DNA of 64,000 nt, taken from positions 1,006,658 to 1,070,657 of the forward strand of contig CATQGW010000001.1 in NCBI GenBank assembly GCA_958295515.1, written 5' to 3'. Under the pieces are notes generated by a model. It made no database searches, was not told the origin of the DNA, and was given only the letters and a program-made list of their open reading frames with translations. The translations under genes and the position numbers were made by a program. Below, one piece after another: positions 55,355-64,000 of the stretch. The stretch's first letter is position 1, and each line of letters opens with the position of its first letter. This DNA is from an uncultured Dehalococcoidia bacterium (GTDB lineage Bacteria > Chloroflexota > Dehalococcoidia > Bin125).

Positions 55355-57597
55355 GACGGATCGCGCTGCTCGCCATTCTGCTCGCGGCCTGCGCGGCGCT
55401 GCTACAGGACGCCCCGCGCGCCTCCGCGCACGCGCTGTTGGCGCGCGCCGATCCGCCGATCAACGCCGCACTGCGCGAGTCGCCCGCCGCCGTCACGCTC
55501 TTCATGACCGAGCCATTGCAGCGCGAGTACAGCAGCGTGCAGGTGCTGGACAGCAACGGCCAGCGGCGCGATATCGGCGAAACCGAGTTCGCCGAGGCCG
55601 ACGCCACACGCATGCGCGTCAATGTCTTGCGCCTCACGCCGGGCGTCTACACCGTCGTCTGGCGCACGCTCTCGCAGGTGGACGGGCATACCTGGAACGG
55701 CTCCTACGTCTTCTCGGTGCTCAATCCCGACGGCAGCGCGCCTTCAGGCGCGGGCGTTGTCGTGGACCTCGATCGTCCCGGTCCGCCGCTCGCGGCGGAT
55801 ACGGTCGTCAAGGCCGTGGGGCTGACTGCGCTGGTGCTCTTCGTGGGCGCGTTGGCATTTTGGCTGGCTGCGGGAGGGTTGCCCACGCCGCGCGCGGGGC
55901 TGATTGAGTCCACCGTCAAACCGGCGCTGGCGATCGCCATTGCGCTCGGTCTTTTGGCCGGCGGCTATGAGGCGGTCTCCGCGGCGCTCCAGCTCGGCGG
56001 CTGGGGGCTGCTCGATGAGGTGCTCTTCGACACACGGATCGGCCTGCGGCTGCACACACGCTGGTTTGCGCTGATCGCCGCCGCGCTGCTGCTCGCCTGG
56101 TTCGCGCGCCGCCCGACGCCCGAATGGGCGCGGCGCTCGCTGGCCGTGTTCGCGCTGGTCTGGCTGGCGTCGACCGCCGCCGTTTCGCACGGCGCGGCGC
56201 TGGCGGCTGGCGGCGTCTGGGGCGCGCTCTTCGACGCGCTGCATCTGGCCGCTGCCGCCGTCTGGATGGGCATGCTCGCCGCACTGATTTTGGTGCTCTG
56301 GCGCGGACGCGCCGCCGCCGATTCACACGATTCACAATGGCGCGCCGCTCTGGTCCAGCGCTTCTCGCTGTTCGCCGCCGCCGCCGTGCCGATTCTGCTC
56401 GCCGCCGGCCTGCTCAACGCGCTGATCCAGGTCCCCGACGCGCGCGGTCTGGTCGAGACGGATTGGGGCGCGGCCTTCATCGCCAAGCTGGTCGCGCTGC
56501 TGCTGCTCTTCGCCGCGGCCGGTCTCAACGCGGTGGTGCTGCGCCCGCGCGCCGCAGGCGGCGGTCTGCGGGCGGAGCGTTGGTTTGGTCCGATGATGCG
56601 GATCGAGTTGGCGCTTGGCGTTGTGGTGTTGATCATCACCGCGGCGCTCACCCAGCTGCCGTCGCCCGCCAGCGCGCTGCCCGATACCGAGCAGCGCGAC
56701 AACACGATCAGCCGCACCGTGGCGCGCGCCGACGTGCTCGCGCAGCTGACCATCTCGCCCAACCTGGTCGGCTTCAACCGCTGGGAGCTGCGCGTGACGG
56801 ACGCCGACGGCCAACCGCTTGCCAACCCCGTGGAAGCGGTGCGCCTGCGCTTCCGCTACGACGATCCCTCGGTGGGGCCGGTCGTGGTGCCGACCGTTGC
56901 CGAGCAGGACGGCGTGTTCAGCCTCGAAGGCGCGTACTTCGGGCTGCCCGGGCGCTGGACTGTGGAGGCCGAACTGCGCCGCGCCGATGGCGACGACCTG
57001 ATCGCCGCCATCGAGAGCGATGTCGTCTCCGGCTACCAGACGGTGCTGCCCTGGGAGACCGGCGCGCCGGGCGCGCTCGCGCTGCCGCTGACGCAGATGG
57101 ACTGGAACGGCGTCGGGGCGCTCTGGGCGTTCGTGATCGGCGGGCTGCTGCTGGCCAACCGCGGCCAGCTGCGCGGGCGCTTCGGCCTGCGCGCCGGCGA
57201 CGCGAGCTTCGTCGGCGGCGCGCTCGGAATCATCGCCGCCGTCGTGCTGCTCACCGGCCTGCATGTCGATCCCGGACGCACGCTGCAAAATCCGGTGGAG
57301 CGCACGCCCGAATCCGTCGAGCGCGGCGCGGTGCTGTTCGCGGCCAACTGCGCCAGCTGCCACGGCGAGACCGGCGCGGGCGATGGGCCCCTCGCCGACA
57401 CGCTCCCGGCGCCGCCGGCCAACTTCACCGTGCATGTCCCCTTCCACCCCGACGGCGTGCTCTTCGCCTGGATTACGGAGGGCATCCGCGGCACCGGCAT
57501 GCCCGCCTGGCGCGACCAGCTGAGCGAGCAGGAGCGCTGGGATTTGGTCAATTTCCTGCGCGATCGCTTCGATCCGCTCTCCGCGTCCGCGCCCTGA
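55351..57597 (+). CDS. CopC-CopD fusion (YcnJ-like) with a C-terminal mono-haem cytochrome c domain.
   Basis: The N-terminus is a CopC domain (HALLARADPPINAALRESPAAVTLFMTEPLQ). A central CopD-like region has ~8 TM segments. The C-terminus carries CASCHG (CxxCH) and a Met-rich distal ligand region. Confidence 0.65.
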   Translation: MRRIALLAILLAACAALLQDAPRASAHALLARADPPINAALRESPAAVTLFMTEPLQREYSSVQVLDSNGQRRDIGETEFAEADATRMRVNVLRLTPGVYTVVWRTLSQVDGHTWNGSYVFSVLNPDGSAPSGAGVVVDLDRPGPPLAADTVVKAVGLTALVLFVGALAFWLAAGGLPTPRAGLIESTVKPALAIAIALGLLAGGYEAVSAALQLGGWGLLDEVLFDTRIGLRLHTRWFALIAAALLLAWFARRPTPEWARRSLAVFALVWLASTAAVSHGAALAAGGVWGALFDALHLAAAAVWMGMLAALILVLWRGRAAADSHDSQWRAALVQRFSLFAAAAVPILLAAGLLNALIQVPDARGLVETDWGAAFIAKLVALLLLFAAAGLNAVVLRPRAAGGGLRAERWFGPMMRIELALGVVVLIITAALTQLPSPASALPDTEQRDNTISRTVARADVLAQLTISPNLVGFNRWELRVTDADGQPLANPVEAVRLRFRYDDPSVGPVVVPTVAEQDGVFSLEGAYFGLPGRWTVEAELRRADGDDLIAAIESDVVSGYQTVLPWETGAPGALALPLTQMDWNGVGALWAFVIGGLLLANRGQLRGRFGLRAGDASFVGGALGIIAAVVLLTGLHVDPGRTLQNPVERTPESVERGAVLFAANCASCHGETGAGDGPLADTLPAPPANFTVHVPFHPDGVLFAWITEGIRGTGMPAWRDQLSEQERWDLVNFLRDRFDPLSASAP

Positions 57598-57687
57598 CCA
57601 CCCGCGCCGCTGCGCTACGGCGTTAGGCGCGAGCCTGATATGCTCGCGGCAAGATCGCTAATCGGCAGCGCGGAGCGGAGGAACACC

Positions 57688-58722
57688 ATGGTCAGCTCGA
57701 TCGAAAACCCCGGCCTGTACCTGGACTGGCTGAACCTGGAGACGGACGACGAATTTGAGGTGGAGGCGGGCCGCAAAGGGGTCACGCTGGCGTCGATTAA
57801 CCAGCGGATGGCCTCCGCGGACGGGCACGACGAAGCGGACTCGCGCTCCTTCGCGCCGCGCGGCATCACCGCCGACCCGCGCTCCAACGCGCACAGCCGC
57901 CAGTACCGCGACAAGGGCGATGTCTGGTCCGAAAGCGCGATGCTGCTCTACGAAGAGGCGCTCCAGCGCCAGTGGTCCAGCGCGCGCGACATCCCCTGGG
58001 ACACGGTCGGCGAGCAGCCCGACGACATCGAGCGCGCCATGTGTACGCTCTGCACCTTCCTCACCCAGGTCGAGTTCATCGCCGGTGATGTGCCCGGACG
58101 CTTCCTCGAAACCGTCCACCCCGACTTCTTCGAGTCGCAGCTCTTCCTCGGCACGCAGCTGATGGACGAAGCGCGGCACCTCGATGTCTTCCGCAAGCGC
58201 GCGCTGGTCAACGGCGGCGGGCTTTCGCCCTCCGGCCTCGGCGCGGTCGGCCTGCTGGCGCTCGACGACTTCACCGAAATGACCGCGATCCTCCACCTCT
58301 TCGCCGAGGGGCTGGTGCAGTCGCTCTTCCGCATGGGCGAGCTGATCGGCCAGAACGAGGCCGAGAAGCGCATGTTCCGCCTGTCCGCGCAGGACGAGAG
58401 CCGCCATCTCGCGTTCGGCGTCACGCACACCAAGTACACCGTGGAAACGCAGCCCTGGCGCAAGGAGGAGCTGCACCACTACCTCGACCTCAACGAGCGC
58501 GTGCAGAACACGCAGGCCGGGCTGACCACCAACCCGATCACCGGCGAGGCGCTGGCGGTGCTCGCCGGCGGCGGCATCGAGCACCTCGACGAGGGTTACA
58601 ACCTCGTGTTGCTGATGCGCAAAAAGCAGATGAACGAGTACTACCACCGCTTGCAGGTGGTCGGTCTCGGCGACCGTCTCGATCGTATGGCGCCGGAGAT
58701 GCGGGAGCTGATCGACGTCTAG
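57688..58722 (+). CDS. Ferritin-like diiron-carboxylate protein (AurF / N-oxygenase-like motif pattern).
   Basis: A GGAGG RBS is present. Two ExxH motifs (LMDEARHLDV and QDESRHLAFG) lie ~85 aa apart, with additional upstream Glu residues. Confidence 0.5.
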   Translation: MVSSIENPGLYLDWLNLETDDEFEVEAGRKGVTLASINQRMASADGHDEADSRSFAPRGITADPRSNAHSRQYRDKGDVWSESAMLLYEEALQRQWSSARDIPWDTVGEQPDDIERAMCTLCTFLTQVEFIAGDVPGRFLETVHPDFFESQLFLGTQLMDEARHLDVFRKRALVNGGGLSPSGLGAVGLLALDDFTEMTAILHLFAEGLVQSLFRMGELIGQNEAEKRMFRLSAQDESRHLAFGVTHTKYTVETQPWRKEELHHYLDLNERVQNTQAGLTTNPITGEALAVLAGGGIEHLDEGYNLVLLMRKKQMNEYYHRLQVVGLGDRLDRMAPEMRELIDV

Positions 58723-58771
58723 CGTCGGCCGCGGGGTCCCGCTCGCACAGCGATAGCAGGGAGTGGGAGCA

Positions 58772-60034
58772 ATGAAGCTCAGCCAGGCAGTGAAGATGCG
58801 CGCCGGCGCGCGCGGATGGTCCAAAGAACTGATCAGCAGGGTCGAGGAATCGCCCGCGCCGGTTGGCCAGATCGAAGCGCTGCTGCACATCGATATCGAG
58901 CCCGAGCGAATCGGCAAGTGGCTCGATTTCGTCGAGAGCAATCCCGATCACCCGTTCGGCACCCGCGCGCAGTTTGTGATGTTCCAGCCGGCTGGCGAGC
59001 AGGGCCTGAAGCCCACGCCGTCGGCGGACGGGATGCGGCTGTCGGATGTCGATATCGGCTCCTACGGCAACGTTCCCGATGTCTGGGATCTGCAGAACGA
59101 CACGCCGCGCGGGACGCGCCCGGTGCCCGGGCTGCATATGCCGGCCGGCTACTCGATCTTCGACCGCCACGAAGTCTGGGCCGACGGGGTGGGCGACCTC
59201 TACGAGGACGCGATCCGCGACCGCTGGATTCCCGCTACTGATCTGGACTGGAACGGCCTGCCCGATCTTTCCGCGGAAGTTGAGCGCGCCACCGGCCAGC
59301 TCTGCGCGGTCTATTCCACCTACGGTATCGCCGAGCAGAAGATCATCAGCAAGTGGTTCGAGGCGATCTCATACGGCTTCCACGAGGTCAAGCTCTTCCT
59401 CGCCACCCAAGTATACGACGCCGGACGCAAGGTGGAATCGCTGCGTAAGCGCGCCCTGCTCGGCGATGGGCTGATCGGCAAAGCGCCGCTCTCCGATGTC
59501 ACCACCGCCTGGTACTCGGCGCTGACTTTCACCGACATGATCGTGGCGCTGGATGTGGTCTACAAGTCCTACGAGGTAACGGCGTTCGAGGCGGCGGCAG
59601 AGTGGGCGCGCAGCGATTTCGACCGCGATCTGTTCAGTCGGCTCGCAGGCGACTCGCACCGCCATCTCGAGTACGGACTGAAACACCTCGAGTGGTATAA
59701 CCGCTACGCCAACCGCGCCGAGGAGCACATCAACATCTTCCTCGCCAAGGCGGAAGCAGGGCTGGCCAGCGAGCTGGCGCAGTCCAACGTCGAGCGCGAA
59801 GCGCTGGCGGTGCTCTACGCCGACGGCATCGAGCGGATCGACGCCGGCGTCGAGCAGTTGGGCAAGCTGCGCGAGCGGCAGTACGACGAATACATCGCCC
59901 GCCTCGACCAGGCCGGCGTGCAACGCCACGGCGACGCAATCGGCATTCTCCCCCTCGCAGCCCAGGACCCGCTGCTCCGCTCGCTCAACCCCGACGCGCT
60001 AGCCGAAAGCAACTTCGCCGCCACGCAGTCCTGA
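58772..60034 (+). CDS. Ferritin-like paralog, partly degenerate (one intact ExxH: DSHRHLEYG).
   Basis: Similar length and predicted helices. The first metal motif is degraded (DAGRKVESL). Confidence 0.45.
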   Translation: MKLSQAVKMRAGARGWSKELISRVEESPAPVGQIEALLHIDIEPERIGKWLDFVESNPDHPFGTRAQFVMFQPAGEQGLKPTPSADGMRLSDVDIGSYGNVPDVWDLQNDTPRGTRPVPGLHMPAGYSIFDRHEVWADGVGDLYEDAIRDRWIPATDLDWNGLPDLSAEVERATGQLCAVYSTYGIAEQKIISKWFEAISYGFHEVKLFLATQVYDAGRKVESLRKRALLGDGLIGKAPLSDVTTAWYSALTFTDMIVALDVVYKSYEVTAFEAAAEWARSDFDRDLFSRLAGDSHRHLEYGLKHLEWYNRYANRAEEHINIFLAKAEAGLASELAQSNVEREALAVLYADGIERIDAGVEQLGKLRERQYDEYIARLDQAGVQRHGDAIGILPLAAQDPLLRSLNPDALAESNFAATQS

Positions 60035-60223
60035 CGCTCCGGGTTCCAGCGCCGCGGGAAACACGCTCACCTTGCGCGGTGCGGCTTCGGCATCTTTACA
60101 CCTTGTGAGCGCGGTTGTCTCCGAACGCTCCGATAGGTTGCGTGGTGCTCTTCCCCTATCCTCGCCGTCGCCGGTGTTCGACGCCCGCTCACACCAAGAA
60201 TCTCCACCGACGGGGGACCGCTG

Positions 60224-62056
60224 ATGCCTATCTCAGCCGTGTTAGGCGCAAAGACTGTAGTCGGAGGGCTTACGCTCGCCGCGTTACTGCTGTTGGTCGG
60301 CGTTGTTCTCGGCATCGCAGACGGTTGGGAACAGGCGGAAGCACAGGGTGGAGATCGTGAGGTCGCGATCAGCGTCGGCCTCTGGCACGCCTGCGCGCTG
60401 CTCGACTCGGGCGAAGTCGAATGCTGGGGAGACAACCGGGACGGCCAAACGGCTGCGCCGAGCGGTCGCTTTAGCGCAGTCAGCGCGGGCAGCTCGCATA
60501 GCTGCGGACTGCGGGAGACGGGCGCGGTCGAGTGCTGGGGAGCCAACCGGGACGGCCAAACGGATGCACCGAGCGGTCGCTTCAGCGCGGTCAGCGCGGG
60601 CACGTCGTACACCTGTGGGCTGCGAGAGACGGGCGCGGTCGAGTGCTGGGGAGCCGACTGGTTCGGCGAAGCGGATGCGCCGAGCGGTCGCTTCAGCGCG
60701 GTCAGCGCGGGCGCGTTCCGCAGCTGCGGGCTGCGCGAGACGGGCGCGGTCGAATGCTGGGGAAACAACCGGAATGACCAAACGGCTGCGCCGAGTGGTC
60801 GTTTCAGCGCAGTCAGCGTGGGCGCGTCGCACAGTTGCGGGCTGCGGGAGACGGGCACAGTCGAGTGCTGGGGAGACAACCGGAACGGCCAAACGGCTGC
60901 GCCGAGCGGTCGCTTCAGCGCGGTCAGCGCGGGCACGTCGTACACCTGTGGGCTGTGGGAGACGGGCGCGGTCGAGTGCTGGGGTTACAACTGGAACGGC
61001 CAAACGGCTGCGCCGAGCGGTCGCTTCAGTGCGGTCAGCGCGGGCGTGAACCACAGTTGCGGGCTGCGGGAGACAGGCGAAGTTGAGTGCTGGGGCGGCT
61101 ACGAGCAAGGCCAAACGGCTGCGCCGAGCGGTGACTTCAGCGCGGTCAGCGCGGGCGCGTGGCACAGCTGCGGGCTGCGGGAGACGGGCGCGGTCGAGTG
61201 CTGGGGGGACAACTATTCCGACCAAGCGGATGCGCCGAGCGGTCGCTTCAGCGCGGTCAGCGCGGGCTGGTCGCACAGCTGCGGGCTGCGGGAGACGGGC
61301 GCGGTCGAGTGCTGGGGAGACAACAGGTACGGCGAAGCGGATGCGCCGAGCAGTCGCTTTAGTGCGGTCAGCGCGGGTGGGTTGCACAGCTGCGGGCTGC
61401 GGGAGACGGGCGCGGTCGAGTGCTGGGGAGGCAGCAGGTACGGCGAAGCGGATGCGCCGAGCGGTCGCTTCAGCGCGGTCAGCGCGGGCGCGGAGCACAG
61501 CTGCGGATTGCGAGAGACGGGCGCGGTCGAGTGCTGGGGATGGAACGAATACGGCCAAACGGATGCGCCGAGCGGTCGTTTCAGCGCGGTCAGCGCGGGC
61601 GCGGAGCACAGCTGCGGATTGCGGGAGACGGGCGCGGTCGACTGCTGGGGAGACAACAGCCGCGGCCAAACGGATGCACCGAGCGGTCGCTTCAGTGCGG
61701 TCAGCGTGGGCTGGTCGCACAGCTGCGGGCTACGGGAGACGGGCGCGGTCGACTGCTGGGGATACGAGTTCGACGGGCAGGCACAACCAGCCGGCAAGCA
61801 TCTTCAAATCAGCGCTGGTGTGTATCACGCCTGCGCAGTGAGCGAAGACGGAACCGTCTCCTGCTGGATGATCTTCAACGGCGCTGCCGATGTGCCGGCC
61901 TGGCTGCGCCCAGCCAGTCTCCCGTCCACCGGCACAGGCGGCCTGCTGGACCGCCGCATTGGCGCTCTGGAGCTGGGTGTAATCGCCCTCGTGGCGCTAG
62001 GCATCCCGACGCTATCGCTGCTCACGCTGTCGGCATGGCGTCGGAGCCGTCCATAG
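60224..62056 (+). CDS. RCC1-like repeat surface protein with a C-terminal LPSTG sortase sorting signal.
   Basis: Paralog of the 34155..36206 product. The C-terminus is ...ASLPSTGTGG, then a hydrophobic span and RRSRP. Confidence 0.7.
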   Translation: MPISAVLGAKTVVGGLTLAALLLLVGVVLGIADGWEQAEAQGGDREVAISVGLWHACALLDSGEVECWGDNRDGQTAAPSGRFSAVSAGSSHSCGLRETGAVECWGANRDGQTDAPSGRFSAVSAGTSYTCGLRETGAVECWGADWFGEADAPSGRFSAVSAGAFRSCGLRETGAVECWGNNRNDQTAAPSGRFSAVSVGASHSCGLRETGTVECWGDNRNGQTAAPSGRFSAVSAGTSYTCGLWETGAVECWGYNWNGQTAAPSGRFSAVSAGVNHSCGLRETGEVECWGGYEQGQTAAPSGDFSAVSAGAWHSCGLRETGAVECWGDNYSDQADAPSGRFSAVSAGWSHSCGLRETGAVECWGDNRYGEADAPSSRFSAVSAGGLHSCGLRETGAVECWGGSRYGEADAPSGRFSAVSAGAEHSCGLRETGAVECWGWNEYGQTDAPSGRFSAVSAGAEHSCGLRETGAVDCWGDNSRGQTDAPSGRFSAVSVGWSHSCGLRETGAVDCWGYEFDGQAQPAGKHLQISAGVYHACAVSEDGTVSCWMIFNGAADVPAWLRPASLPSTGTGGLLDRRIGALELGVIALVALGIPTLSLLTLSAWRRSRP

Positions 62057-62084
62057 AGCTGGGTACGGCTGCCCCCCTTTCCCG

Positions 62085-62135
62085 TCATTCCCGCCCCCTT
62101 TCCGTCATTCCCGCGAAAGCGGGAATCCCCCCGCC
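62085..62135. repeat. Type B hairpin elements abutting the right inverted-repeat copy.
   Basis: gtcattcccgcc...gtcattcccgcgaaagcgggaatcc. Confidence 0.8.
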
Positions 62136-62840
62136 CCACCTCCCAACCCCGCAATGCAACCCCCAACACCCCGCCCAATTTGACAAAACCTACCCCACCA
62201 GCGTCCAATACAGAACATGAGTGCCGCCACCATCTCCCCCCAACAACGCCAGCGCATCCTCCACGCCCACTACCTCCGCCAAACCGGCGCCGGCCCCAAA
62301 AGCATCGCCGCGAATCTCCAGGCCGACCCGGCCGTCATCCAAGAAGACCTCCAACTGCTCGAACAGCACTGGCACGACATCGCCCGCCAAGCCGCCAACG
62401 ACGCCCTGCTCGCCTCCCTCGCCGCACTCCAGACCGCCCTCACCAACTTCCTCCAACCCCACCCCGACGGACGCTACCGCTACGCCCCCAAGCTCGAAGA
62501 GCTCCTCCCCCTCTGCCGCGAACTGCGCCAGATCGCCCACCAACTCCACAAACACAGCCAGATCGATCGCCCCGAATCCCCCACTGACCACCCCGACGAC
62601 CAGCTCGCCGCCCCCGAACCGGATCGATCAAAATCGATCAGGATCGATCACAGTCGATCACAGTCGATCACAATCGAACACAATCGAACAACATCGAACA
62701 CCCCCAAACCGCCCCGACCAGATAGAAACCCCACCCCCACCCCCCCGAAAAGCACCCCCGAAACCGAAAATTCCCAAATCTCCCCCGAGCTGCGCGCCGA
62801 GGCACTCGAATTCCTCAAAGAAAACGCCGCCCTCCCCGCC
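62135..62840. repeat. Right copy of the ~740-bp inverted duplication.
   Basis: See the 2830..3575 entry. Confidence 0.75.
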
Positions 62841-62894
62841 GCCCCCCCGCCCCCGAGCGGGAATCTTCTGGCGGGCAATGAGCTCGTCCGCTAA
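62217..62894 (+). CDS. Hypothetical protein, inverted paralog of the 2777..3502 product, with a 10-bp coding microsatellite at 62612-62700.
   Basis: 225 aa. Starts MSAATISPQQRQRILHAHYLRQTGAGPKSIAANL. Confidence 0.6.
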   Translation: MSAATISPQQRQRILHAHYLRQTGAGPKSIAANLQADPAVIQEDLQLLEQHWHDIARQAANDALLASLAALQTALTNFLQPHPDGRYRYAPKLEELLPLCRELRQIAHQLHKHSQIDRPESPTDHPDDQLAAPEPDRSKSIRIDHSRSQSITIEHNRTTSNTPKPPRPDRNPTPTPPKSTPETENSQISPELRAEALEFLKENAALPAAPPPPSGNLLAGNELVR

Positions 62895-64000
62895 CGGAGC
62901 GCGGCGGCGAGGTATTCGGCGATGTGGCGAGGTGCGCGCTTGGTGAAGTGCGTAATTTGCTGGCGGCACGAGACGCCGGTGACGGCGACGGGCGCGTCCT
63001 CACGAGCGCGCAGCGCGGGGAAGAGGCGCAGCTCGCCCATCGCCTGCGAGATTTCGTAGTGCTCCGTCTCGAAGCCGAATGAGCCGGCCATCCCGCAGCA
63101 GCCGGAGTCGATGATTTCCGCCGCGTAGCCCGCATTGCGGAGGGCTTGCAGCGTCTGGTCGAAGCCCGCCAGCGCCTTCTGGTGGCAGTGCGCGTGCAGC
63201 AGCAGCGGGCCGCGATCCTGCGCGTCGAAGATTTGCGGCGCGTCGGTGGCGGACAGTTCGCGCGCGAGCCATTCATCGAAGAGCAGCGCGCGGCCGGCAA
63301 GCTTGCGCGAGGCGTCGTCGCGCAGCAGCAGCGGATATTCGTCCCGCAACGTCAGCAGGCAGGAGGGTTCGAGCCCAACGACGGCCCCATACGCCGACAG
63401 CGCCGCGACATTGATCGCGGCCTGCCCGCGCGCCTGGTCGAGGAGGCCTTTGGAGATCGCGGGGCGTCCGCAGCAGGCGGCGTTCTCCACCACGGCAACG
63501 CGGTAGCCGAGCGCCTCGATGATCCGCGCCGCCGCCAACCCGACCTCGGGGTGGAAGTGGTTGGTGAAGGTGTCGATGAACAGCGCCACTTTGCCGCGCG
63601 CGGTCGCGGGCGCCGCCGCGCGGTCCTGGAGCTGACGCTGCAAGGTGCGCGGAGCGAAGCGGGGCAAAGCGCGTTCGCGGTGGACGCCGGCGCGGTGCAG
63701 CAGATCGCGCGCGACGGGCAACTCTGCGAGCGCGTTTGCCAACGCGGGCATCAGGCTGCCGATCCGCGCCAGCGCGGCGATGTTGGCGAAGGCGCGGTCG
63801 CGCAGCGGCGCGCCCTTCACCGCGTGGCGCTGCCAGAGCGCCTCGTACTTGAGCTTCGCCAGATCGACGCCCGAAGGGCACTCCGCTTTGCAGGCTTTGC
63901 ATTCGACGCAGAGGTCGAGCGCGGCATGCAGCCGGTCGCCCGCCAGCTCTTCCGCCGGCAGCGCGCCGTTCAAAATCTGGCGCAACAGATTGGCGCGGCC
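62891..64000 (-). CDS. GlcF-like (Fe-S)-binding protein with CCG domains, partial. The N-terminus lies beyond the window end.
   Basis: CVECKACKAECP ferredoxin motif plus the cysteine-rich CCG motifs ACCGRP and GCCGMAG. Only one of the two expected 4Fe-4S motifs is inside the window. Confidence 0.65.
   Translation of the reverse strand, partial: GRANLLRQILNGALPAEELAGDRLHAALDLCVECKACKAECPSGVDLAKLKYEALWQRHAVKGAPLRDRAFANIAALARIGSLMPALANALAELPVARDLLHRAGVHRERALPRFAPRTLQRQLQDRAAAPATARGKVALFIDTFTNHFHPEVGLAAARIIEALGYRVAVVENAACCGRPAISKGLLDQARGQAAINVAALSAYGAVVGLEPSCLLTLRDEYPLLLRDDASRKLAGRALLFDEWLARELSATDAPQIFDAQDRGPLLLHAHCHQKALAGFDQTLQALRNAGYAAEIIDSGCCGMAGSFGFETEHYEISQAMGELRLFPALRAREDAPVAVTGVSCRQQITHFTKRAPRHIAEYLAAALR

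Overview
This is a high-GC (~70%) Gram-positive-type chromosome segment. Core metabolic genes are interleaved with lower-GC accessory patches that carry defence, toxin-antitoxin and repeat elements.

Core genes: partial metH; icd; an M3 peptidase; a fatty-acid cluster (fabG-fabD-KAS-KAS-acpP, the two KAS genes overlapping by ATGA); ilvBNC; paired family-III CoA-transferases plus a Zn-ADH; two F420/LLM oxidoreductases; nhaA; a CoxM/S/L-type molybdenum hydroxylase followed by a MoaD/ThiS-like GG protein; a yhhQ-like transporter; an amidohydrolase; two tandem SDR paralogs; a copper cluster (CopC, TolB-like, CopC-CopD-cytochrome c fusion) next to two tandem ferritin-like diiron paralogs; and a partial GlcF-like Fe-S protein.

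Accessory content:
1. Two type II restriction-modification-like modules, each with a long homopolymeric tract at the methyltransferase 5' end. The first is a Dam-class MTase that is out of frame at an 11-C tract, upstream of a translationally coupled putative endonuclease. The second is a beta-class (SPPY) MTase preceded by a 15-G tract, upstream of an overlapping PD-(D/E)XK endonuclease.
2. A third G-tract (18 G) upstream of the yhhQ-like gene. All three tracts share the context G(n)TAAAA(G/C).
3. A GmrSD-like (DUF262/DUF1524) type IV restriction gene inserted between 38-bp direct repeats that duplicate the 3' end of the thiS-like gene, abutting a truncated MTase.
4. A Panacea-domain antitoxin-like gene next to a CoA-transferase remnant; a MazF module with two DUF3018 antitoxin-like genes; a frameshifted HTH-DUF433 gene.
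5. Two RCC1-repeat surface proteins, one with an LPSTG sorting signal.
6. Arrays of 210-bp and 90-bp tandem units built from three related hairpin families (not CRISPR).
7. A ~740-bp inverted duplication carrying a paralogous hypothetical gene with 10-bp coding microsatellites, which brackets ~59 kb of the window.
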